Source: a virus | IMG/VR virus record: IMGVR_UViG_3300036832_001373 | Coordinates: 1 to 64,000 of that record | DNA: 64,000 bases | Strand: one strand, 5' to 3' | Shown: positions 56,475-64,000 of the stretch, in pieces | Numbering within the stretch: the first letter of the stretch is position 1 | Layout: each line of letters starts with the position of its first letter | The notes under the pieces: model-generated | What the model saw: the letters and a program-made list of their open reading frames with translations, nothing else | Told to the model about the DNA's origin: nothing | Database searches by the model: none | Program-made: the position numbers and the translations under genes

Positions 56475-57003
56475 GCAGTTTTGCTTACATGATACTTTGG
56501 CAACAAGTGTTCTGATAGATGGAATCAATACTCACTACGCATTTAAGAATCTTGGATGGGCACCAGACTATAAAAAACTTTTATCGTTTCTTAAGAAAGA
56601 AACTATTCTTAGGAAAGTATACTATTTTATAACGTTGGACAGTAATAACGATGACAATACCATAATGAAACTTCTTGATTGGTTAGACTATAACGGATTT
56701 AATGTTAGGATTACTGATTCGTCAGAAGAACGGAAACGAGGAATTGAGATAGACTTTACAGTAGAAGCAATGGCGTTAGTTCCAATTACAGAACAATACA
56801 TACTATTTACCGGAAATAGTCTTTACACTCCATTGGTTAAAAAGCTTGACGCTTTAGGAAAGTCAGTAACAATTTGCTCCACTCTTCTGAATCAGAGAAT
56901 GGCTAGTGACACTTTACGTAGAGCAGCCGACGGTTTTATTGAGCTTGACCTACTCAGGAATCTAGTAGAGAATGAGAACCACCGTGTAGAATCTGTCGCA
57001 TGA
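56467..57003 (+). CDS. NYN (LabA/DUF88) domain protein, degenerate active site
   Basis: IDG.N, DYKKLL, LLDWLDYNGF, SDTLRRAAD.FIEL. Confidence 0.8.
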   Translation: MTKQFCLHDTLATSVLIDGINTHYAFKNLGWAPDYKKLLSFLKKETILRKVYYFITLDSNNDDNTIMKLLDWLDYNGFNVRITDSSEERKRGIEIDFTVEAMALVPITEQYILFTGNSLYTPLVKKLDALGKSVTICSTLLNQRMASDTLRRAADGFIELDLLRNLVENENHRVESVA

Positions 57004-57021
57004 TTACATGGATCAGCACTC

Positions 57022-58053
57022 ATGCTGTTAGTTGACGGGTCGAGTGTACTACACCGCTGCCTAAATACTCCAGCTCAAGACCTACAAGATTCTAGAGGCA
57101 GATACACAGGTGGTCTACATTCATTTTTAGCATCTCTTTCTAAAGCTGTGGTCAAGCATAGATTGAGGCATTCTGTTGTAGTTGCTTGGGACTTAGGAGT
57201 CCCATTATTTAGAAGACTCTTGTATAGAGAGTATAAAGCCCACAAAATGCCTATTGGATCAGTTCAAGAGTCAGTTCTTTCAGACTATAATCTCTTGAAC
57301 AAAGAAGCAGTTGAAGAGGACGAGTCTGATTGGATGAAAAAGTATCTAATGGCTAGAAGACTGCTACATTCGCAGTTTCTTCCATTGTCAGGATGTCTAT
57401 CGATTCAAGTAGCAAATTGTGAAGCAGATGACATTATCGCATATGTTTGTAGCAAGCTTCCCGACGAGGAAATTATAGTATACTCATCTGATAGAGATCT
57501 AGTACAACTATGTACAGATAATATTGAATATTACGATGGGAGAGAGGATACTACTATTACAAAAAGTAGTTTAATTTTTGACAATGAGTTAGTGGAAGTT
57601 GTTTGGAGACAACATTGGGTATTAACTCGGGCTATAGCTGGTGACGGATCAGATGGGATACCAGGATTCTGTGGATTTGACACGGCCAAAAAGTATTCTG
57701 ATCAAATCATAAGTTTCTACTTAACAAATGTATCTCTACAAGAAACCCTCTTGGGTTTGATTAAACCTCCGAGAGCTAGAAATGACTCTTTTGAGAAAAT
57801 TAAAGTTGGAGCTGATATGATAATGAGAAATTATAATTTAATGGATTTATCATATCCAATTATTAGAAACTTATCTATCATCGAAGATATAAAGCAGCAG
57901 ATAGCTGGAGCGTTCATCTACGACATAGATCAATATACATTAGAAAGTGAACTTCATGATATGAGTATGGTAAAGGCGAAGATATTCGTTAATAATATAA
58001 TTGAGTCTAATAGGAAAAACGACGTAAAAGACTACATAAGGAAATTGATATGA
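57022..58053 (+). CDS. 5'-3' exonuclease / RNase H (FEN family)
   Basis: LLVDG, FR...Y.EYKA, EADDII, SSDRDL.QL, GDGSDGIPG. Confidence 0.92.
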   Translation: MLLVDGSSVLHRCLNTPAQDLQDSRGRYTGGLHSFLASLSKAVVKHRLRHSVVVAWDLGVPLFRRLLYREYKAHKMPIGSVQESVLSDYNLLNKEAVEEDESDWMKKYLMARRLLHSQFLPLSGCLSIQVANCEADDIIAYVCSKLPDEEIIVYSSDRDLVQLCTDNIEYYDGREDTTITKSSLIFDNELVEVVWRQHWVLTRAIAGDGSDGIPGFCGFDTAKKYSDQIISFYLTNVSLQETLLGLIKPPRARNDSFEKIKVGADMIMRNYNLMDLSYPIIRNLSIIEDIKQQIAGAFIYDIDQYTLESELHDMSMVKAKIFVNNIIESNRKNDVKDYIRKLI

Positions 58054-58373
58054 TCAACGATCTCTATATTCTAGATGGGCACAAACCTGTAAGATGTGAT
58101 TCATGTACTTGGGGAAAATTTATGAGAAAAGTAGATAGAATAGTTAAGAAAACTGAAGTAGTAAAAGGGATTATAGTCTCAACAGTTTTCCTAGGATTGG
58201 ATCATAGATTTGTAGGACGAGGTCCTCCAATATTATTTGAGACGATGACCTTTGGTGGTTCTAGAGATGGTCAGATGTATCGTTACTCAAGTTGGGACGA
58301 TGCTGAAGCTGGTCACGAAGCAGAGGTTAAACGAGTTGTTAAAGCACTCAAGGTACTTGAGAATAAAGACTAG
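58050..58373 (+). CDS. Conserved phage hypothetical protein
   Basis: VSTVFLGLDH....PILFETM.FGG...RY..W..A.AGH. Confidence 0.7.
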   Translation: MINDLYILDGHKPVRCDSCTWGKFMRKVDRIVKKTEVVKGIIVSTVFLGLDHRFVGRGPPILFETMTFGGSRDGQMYRYSSWDDAEAGHEAEVKRVVKALKVLENKD

Positions 58374-58424
58374 GGGCGATCCTGTTGCCTACCATTCTGA
58401 CAATGGCAGTACCCCCTAGCTCTT

Positions 58425-58452
58425 TAGGGAAACTAGTCCCCCAGACGTTAAC
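58425..58452 (+). promoter_or_regulatory. Phage promoter motif copy
   Basis: TAGGGAAACTAGTCCCCCAGACGTTAAC, preceded by hairpin CTAGGGG...CCCCTAG. Confidence 0.75.
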
Positions 58453-58472
58453 AGGCAGAGGAGAGGTTTACC

Positions 58473-58700
58473 ATGAGTCTAGGTGAAGACAGAGTGAGAG
58501 TAAAGTTCAACCCGTCTGCTGACGGCATTGTAGATAAAATCAAGCAAAAGTCAGCAGAACTTATCGATTTGTGTGAGGAAATGAAACAAAATCCTCCAGC
58601 TCAAGCTAGTTCAGAGTTTATACGTCTTATTGCTTTAGCCCAGACTTCTTATGAAGAAGCAGCAATGTGGGCAGTAAAAAGTGCGACTGTCGAAAGATGA
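58473..58700 (+). CDS. Acb2-like helical-hairpin protein (candidate cyclic-nucleotide sponge)
   Basis: IK.K.AELID...R..ALAQT..EEAAMWAVK. Confidence 0.5.
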   Translation: MSLGEDRVRVKFNPSADGIVDKIKQKSAELIDLCEEMKQNPPAQASSEFIRLIALAQTSYEEAAMWAVKSATVER

Positions 58701-59314
58701 CAGACAACGATCTGTTTAATCCAGATCCAGAACTATTCGACCCAAGATTTGTAGGACCTAAAGGGTCGAATAGTCCTCATCTATACATAATTGGAGAAGC
58801 TCCTGGATACAATGAGGCGGAGCAGGGGCTTCCCTTTGTTGGAAAGGCAGGAATGGTTCTAGATAGAGCTATAGTAGAGTCAAAAATAGATTCATCAAAG
58901 ATACGGTTCTTTAATGCTATTCCGTATAGACCGTTTGAGTGGGTTGAAGGAAAGAAAGAGAATAGGACTCCATCTTCAGATGAGATTGAGAAATACTCAG
59001 TCTTCTTAAAGAAGGATATAGATAAAACAAAACCAAAGGTATTATTGTTGACTGGAGCATCAGCAATGAACGTCTTTGGTATTAGTATGGCAGTTGGATC
59101 AGCTAGATTAAGTAAATTTAAGTGGAAAGATATACCTACGTTGGTAACATACCATCCTAGCTTTGTTCTAAGAAAAAGTGGGTATGGAATAGTATCTTCA
59201 GGAACCTCTGAAAGCTTTGAAACCCTAGTTGGAGATCTCAAGAGAGCGTGGATCGGAGATCAAGAAACAGTTCAGACTAACAAGTTCTCGATAATCGATA
59301 TGGAGGAAGAATGA
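58667..59314 (+). CDS. Family 4 uracil-DNA glycosylase-like protein (SPO1 polymerase N-terminal-type; likely start 58697)
   Basis: IIGEAPG..E...G.PFVGKAG, RP, NRTP, LLTGA.A, TYHPS. Confidence 0.88.
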   Translation: MGSKKCDCRKMTDNDLFNPDPELFDPRFVGPKGSNSPHLYIIGEAPGYNEAEQGLPFVGKAGMVLDRAIVESKIDSSKIRFFNAIPYRPFEWVEGKKENRTPSSDEIEKYSVFLKKDIDKTKPKVLLLTGASAMNVFGISMAVGSARLSKFKWKDIPTLVTYHPSFVLRKSGYGIVSSGTSESFETLVGDLKRAWIGDQETVQTNKFSIIDMEEE

Positions 59315-62265
59315 ACGCAGGAGGAGTTACATCTATAGATGTTGCAATTAGGAATTGGGAGAAGGTAGAAAAGGAGTTAGAAGATGACAGTGAGGTCGTT
59401 CTAGACTATGAAGCTAATAGCCTAAACACATATCATAACTCCTACTTTATAGGAGGCATAGCCCTGAAAGGAAGAAAAAGTAAAAAATGTTTTTACGTTA
59501 ACTTTTATAATTTTTGGAGAACTCCAGAGGAGTGGCCTTTTCCAAAGGAACTAAGAGAAAGAATAGGGAAATGGTTATTGTCAAAGCACTTGGTAGTATT
59601 TAATCTTCAATATGAATGCTCAGCCTCTTTGAACTTTTTCAAAGTATATCTGAGAAACGTTACAGACGTAATGATGATGAATAGGACACTCGGATATTCA
59701 GGGTCTTTGAAGGAAATAGCAGCTAGACGGCTTGGTGCGACTACTTGGAACTCTGAAGTTGATGAGTATAATACTCGTATAACTGAGCTAATCAATAGAT
59801 TGAAACCGTATAGGAAGAATCCAAGAGCAGAATGGATTTTCATTAGAAATGGAGATCCAAAGAAAAACATACCTATTCCATCAACTATAGATGAGGTTGT
59901 CAATTGGCTAACTAGGGTAGGGTCCAAAAAAGAATTAATTATAGAGTTTGAGTCGTTTAACAAACTGATAAAGAAGTTTTATAGCGACGAGAAGTATACA
60001 AAGTTTTGCAAGAGATTCTTCAAGCTTATTCTGACGAGAGCAGAGGCAAAAGATCTTGAACTAAGATTCACAGATATACCAATTGAGATTATAGCTCCGT
60101 ATGCTATTGGAGATGTTGACTTCACAGATAGACTTAAAGATGATCTCTGGAAAGAGATCCAGACTATGAAGATAGAACGTGCGGCAGAGATCTATAACTG
60201 TCAAGCCAAGCTTGGATTCGAAATGGAGTCTGCTGGAATAGCTTGGGATGACGAGTTGGCGACGTCATTGGATAAAAAGTATAGTGAAACTGCAACAGTT
60301 TGCCTTAGAAACTTGTTAATGATTCCAAAGTTCCAAAAGATTCTTCCTTCTCCAACTTTGAGTACGAAGGATAAAGATGTAGTATTTATTTCCGAATGTA
60401 GCCAGGACATTTTACAAATTCAAACTGAAACTGATACGCATAACTTAATGAAGTTTTTCAATCCGAGATCTACACATATCAAGACAAGAGACCAGTTTAG
60501 TAATCTTATAGTGACAGCTCGGTTAAGAGTTACAATGATGTTATACGAAGTCTTTAAAGAATATCAGAACTCTAAAGAAGAAGCTTTTAACAATTACCCT
60601 ATTCTGGGTCCAATCTTAGAGAGCATAATAACTCTAGAACGTACCGAAGATAGAGTTTCTTGTATAGATGCCTTAGTAAAAGGGTCAGGAAAACTTGGAG
60701 CTATGATTCAGTCTCATCTAGAGAATAGTCCAGATCTCTGGAGAGACGATAAAGGGCAGAAAATTCATCCACCAGAGATTGAAACTTTTATAAACTTCGC
60801 CAAGTGGCAATTACCTGGTATGTCAGCATTTGTTATAGAAGATCTTTATAATGCGTGGTGGCACGTAGCTGGAATCAATGTTGATGATAGAGATACTTGG
60901 ACAGATGAGTTTAAGTGGATATTCTGGTTTAGAATGTTTAAGAAGGTAATGAAGAGTCATTCAACCTACGTTTGGGGAAACGTAGGTAGAGGAAATATAG
61001 CTCTGATCAATAGGTCAGATGTTCATAAGCTATCTGCGGTAAGATTTCCAGGATGGAAAGAGAGAAAGTCTGAAGATCAGATTTGGATAAAAGAAACTCA
61101 GTTCGGTGTGTGCACAGCAGCAACAAAGAGATACCAAAGTGGAGATCATACCGTCCCTTGGGAGTCTGAGCTCATTAATCTCAGAATTAGCAGATTTAAA
61201 GATGGAGTTAGAGTCCATTACGACTACTCCCAGAACGAAGTCAGAGTGCTTGCCAAGATATCAAATTGTAAGTCTCTTCTCGAGAGATTCGAGCAGGGAA
61301 TCGATATTCATGGATCTATTGCAGCAGACGTATGGCAAAAACCTCAAAATCAAATATCAAAAGCAGAACGACGATATAGTAAAATGAGTACGTTTGCTAT
61401 TGTTTATGGAGACACGTTTCAGGGATTTGCAGTAAAATTCCTAAGTGGAAATCTTACTTTGGCAAAGAGAATATTTGATAACTTCTATGGTGCTTATCCA
61501 GAGATAAGAACCTTTATTGAAGATCAGCATAGGTTCGCACTTAAACATGGATATGTAAAAACTTTCTTTGGAGATCCTATGAGAGACATCGGACTTCCAA
61601 GAGAAGCTTTAGATCTAAACGACTGGGAGAAAGAAGAGATAATCAAGAATATCTATTCTAGGAAAGTAACCTTTGACAGAGATAGAGAACGAGATAGAGT
61701 TATAAGACAGATGACAGGAAAAGCTTTGAGAAACTCTCAAAATTACCCAATCCAAAGTACGAGCTCTACATTAGCTGGACTTGGAGCATACTATATAAAT
61801 GAGTTCTTAAAAGACAACAATATGACTTCAAGAGTTGATTGTTTCACGCATGACTCAGATGACATAGACGCTCAGATTGCAGACGTTCCTAAAATATTAT
61901 CAGTACTCCCAAAATACGCTGTCACAGAACTAGTTAGAGAATTTGATCTCCCAATTAAGACTGACTTTGAAATTGGAATCTCCGGAGACGAGTCTGTGGA
62001 GTTAAAAGAATCTAGAGTAGAAGGACCGTTAGTGGAAGCTAAGTTTCACGACAGTAAAAAGACAGCCGTTGAATCTTTAGAGAAACGTCTTTCCAAATAT
62101 GGAGTAAAATGTGAAATTAAGGTCGAAGAGGAGGTTCCAAACCTACGATCTATGAGTGAATTATTCGTTAGTAGGCGAGCGTATGCCCTCGCGATGGGAG
62201 AAACAAGAATGCTTGTTAGCGGTCATATGAAACTTGATTTTAACAATGTACGGAGAGAATCTTGA
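59311..62265 (+). CDS. polA: Family A DNA polymerase with 3'-5' exonuclease
   Basis: DYE, FNLQYE, YA.GD; DYSQNEVRVLA, R...K...FAIVYG, NYPIQST, THDS. Confidence 0.92.
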   Translation: MNAGGVTSIDVAIRNWEKVEKELEDDSEVVLDYEANSLNTYHNSYFIGGIALKGRKSKKCFYVNFYNFWRTPEEWPFPKELRERIGKWLLSKHLVVFNLQYECSASLNFFKVYLRNVTDVMMMNRTLGYSGSLKEIAARRLGATTWNSEVDEYNTRITELINRLKPYRKNPRAEWIFIRNGDPKKNIPIPSTIDEVVNWLTRVGSKKELIIEFESFNKLIKKFYSDEKYTKFCKRFFKLILTRAEAKDLELRFTDIPIEIIAPYAIGDVDFTDRLKDDLWKEIQTMKIERAAEIYNCQAKLGFEMESAGIAWDDELATSLDKKYSETATVCLRNLLMIPKFQKILPSPTLSTKDKDVVFISECSQDILQIQTETDTHNLMKFFNPRSTHIKTRDQFSNLIVTARLRVTMMLYEVFKEYQNSKEEAFNNYPILGPILESIITLERTEDRVSCIDALVKGSGKLGAMIQSHLENSPDLWRDDKGQKIHPPEIETFINFAKWQLPGMSAFVIEDLYNAWWHVAGINVDDRDTWTDEFKWIFWFRMFKKVMKSHSTYVWGNVGRGNIALINRSDVHKLSAVRFPGWKERKSEDQIWIKETQFGVCTAATKRYQSGDHTVPWESELINLRISRFKDGVRVHYDYSQNEVRVLAKISNCKSLLERFEQGIDIHGSIAADVWQKPQNQISKAERRYSKMSTFAIVYGDTFQGFAVKFLSGNLTLAKRIFDNFYGAYPEIRTFIEDQHRFALKHGYVKTFFGDPMRDIGLPREALDLNDWEKEEIIKNIYSRKVTFDRDRERDRVIRQMTGKALRNSQNYPIQSTSSTLAGLGAYYINEFLKDNNMTSRVDCFTHDSDDIDAQIADVPKILSVLPKYAVTELVREFDLPIKTDFEIGISGDESVELKESRVEGPLVEAKFHDSKKTAVESLEKRLSKYGVKCEIKVEEEVPNLRSMSELFVSRRAYALAMGETRMLVSGHMKLDFNNVRRES

Positions 62266-62556
62266 AACTATCTTACGACCAAGCTAGAACACTAGCTCGA
62301 GTATGTGAAAGATATGTATATGAAGCAGAGAGATATATTAAGAACAACTTTAGAGGCCATGTGGAGTTTCCAAAGAATAAAAATCTATTGGTAGAACTTG
62401 TTCAAGATATGACACTCCTTGCAGAGATATACCCTAACTTACTAAGTCATCCTGTACTGGAGAATGGGATAGAATCTAGACTAGAAATGTTTGAGTCTAG
62501 AACTAGACCACAAGAAGTGATAGAAAATAATCTTCCTCCGACGGAAGACGATTTGT

Positions 62557-63054
62557 ATGGACTACTATCAAACGTCGATGATACAAGAACTTAAACTTTC
62601 TGTATGTGGATACATGACCTTTTGTATCCCTATACCATTTTACTACTCTGGGAATCAGATGTATAAAGTGCAAAGAGCAGGTAGAAAAGTGTGGACCAGA
62701 AAGGAGGTTAAGGTATGGGAACTACAAAAATCTATAGCTGAGCAAATAAGAGATCTTGGACTAAAAGCTCCAAAAGATACTTTCTGTTACATATGTCACA
62801 CAGCCTTTTTCTTTAGTATGGACGATTGGGTAACTAAGAATAGATCTGCTCTAAGACAGATTGACTTAACTAACTTGTGGAAACCAATTGAGGATGCAAT
62901 CTTTGGAGTTGATATCTCAGGAGAGCTCCTAGGATTAGGAGCAAACGACTGTAAAGGAATCTATAATACTCAGTCTAAGTGTATCCTTCCTCCAGAGTTC
63001 GATACACCACCCTACTATATAGCAACCGATCTTACGTTCTTAAAGAAGACTTGA
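62557..63054 (+). CDS. RusA-like Holliday junction resolvase
   Basis: DLTNLWKPIEDA ... ND motif. Confidence 0.6.
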   Translation: MDYYQTSMIQELKLSVCGYMTFCIPIPFYYSGNQMYKVQRAGRKVWTRKEVKVWELQKSIAEQIRDLGLKAPKDTFCYICHTAFFFSMDDWVTKNRSALRQIDLTNLWKPIEDAIFGVDISGELLGLGANDCKGIYNTQSKCILPPEFDTPPYYIATDLTFLKKT

Positions 63055-63130
63055 CTATGTCTAAAGCTTTAGCTAAGCGTCCTGACTGTAAAAGTACGAC
63101 TAGTGAAACCTTTAACACAAGAGGCATCTC

Positions 63131-64000
63131 TTGCCCGTCAAAGAATCGGAGTTGGAACCGACGATCGTAGAAATTTTACTGGACCCCCAAGTTAGACAGT
63201 ACTGCGCTCCCTTTATAGAACCTTGGATGTTCCAGAAGACGATCTATAGGAATTTAGTAGAGTCTCTGATAAGTACGGACTTTAAGAATAGGCCAGTTGA
63301 CCTTAAAGTCCTTAGGCTGCATATGCAGCACACATACAGAGACATGTACAGTGAAGACTGGCAGATAGTGGAGAAAATATACGCATCATATGCACCAATT
63401 GCTAGTGAAGATCTCCAAGCAATCACGAGAATAATATCAGCTTTTATTAAAGACAGGATAAATTTAAAAGGAGTTGACCTCTATTCAAGAGGAGAAACGA
63501 AAGAGGCTCAGAAGCTCTTTACAAGAGCCACTACATTTAATATAACAGCGGATCCTTTTATTAATCCCTTACAAGAAGGTATTATAGACTATCTTAGACA
63601 AAAAGATATGCCAAAGGGAGGTAAAGTTATAAAGAGTTCTTTGGGATTAGTCAATGGTTCATCTCAATACGGAGGTTTTAAGAACGGTGACTTGGCAATG
63701 GTAGTTCTTCGTCCTAAGGGAGGAAAGACTACATTTATGATTCAAGAGGGAGCTGCAGCTGCAGATCAAGGGTTTAAGGTAGCTCACATATTTCTTGGAG
63801 ACTACTCTGAACTAGATGGACTTCATAAATATATGAGCTGTTTGACTGGAGACATCATTACCAATGTAGTCAACGCTCCAAACCAGTATAAGAAGAAATG
63901 TGAGAAGTGGCTAGAGCATCTTAGAGTGGCGTCATTCCCAGCGTTTGGTTTAGATTGTAATGAGATAGTTTCCTATGCTAGGAATTTAAGACGTAAGTTT
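63131..64000 (+). CDS. dnaB: DnaB/gp41-like replicative helicase (partial, runs off window)
   Basis: Open frame from TTG 63131 (GAGG RBS) to window end; GG...GDLAMVVLRPKGGKTTFMIQ Walker A. Confidence 0.75.
   Translation, partial: MPVKESELEPTIVEILLDPQVRQYCAPFIEPWMFQKTIYRNLVESLISTDFKNRPVDLKVLRLHMQHTYRDMYSEDWQIVEKIYASYAPIASEDLQAITRIISAFIKDRINLKGVDLYSRGETKEAQKLFTRATTFNITADPFINPLQEGIIDYLRQKDMPKGGKVIKSSLGLVNGSSQYGGFKNGDLAMVVLRPKGGKTTFMIQEGAAAADQGFKVAHIFLGDYSELDGLHKYMSCLTGDIITNVVNAPNQYKKKCEKWLEHLRVASFPAFGLDCNEIVSYARNLRRKF

Noticed and set aside
59300-59320. Programmed frameshift fusing UDG to polymerase as in SPO1
   Set aside because: Ordinary ATGA overlap with a strong GGAGG RBS; no slippery site evident

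Overview
This window is part of a large (jumbo-type) lytic dsDNA phage genome. It is AT-rich and almost entirely + strand. The host is probably an alphaproteobacterium, judged from a GcrA-like protein, a LabA/NYN protein and a Rap1a-like protein. About 1-22 kb holds small early/accessory genes. 22.9-26.8 kb is a sugar epimerase plus three glycosyltransferases, a likely DNA-glycosylation cluster. 28-64 kb is a replication/recombination/nucleotide-metabolism module: type II topoisomerase B and A, SF2 helicase, SbcCD, NAD ligase, HU, primase, HD nucleotidase, ThyX-like, NDT-like, SSB, RecA, 5'-3' exonuclease, UDG plus family A polymerase, RusA-like and DnaB-like. Several homing endonucleases are interspersed. 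The standout is a TIGR-Tas-type RNA-guided system. A nuclease-less Nop/IS110-domain protein (10182-11309) is followed by 47 units of about 36 nt (AGCGAGCCG-9 nt spacer-AGAGACCCG-9 nt spacer, 11357-13063). A Cys-rich gene splits the last edge repeat, and one orphan unit follows it. Other notable signals are an SbcD-SbcC fusion split by an endonuclease gene with no intron, a 12-copy phage promoter motif, GC-rich islands with no ApT, repeated RNA structures and a perfect 32-bp palindrome. All calls come from reading motifs by eye; no database searches were run.
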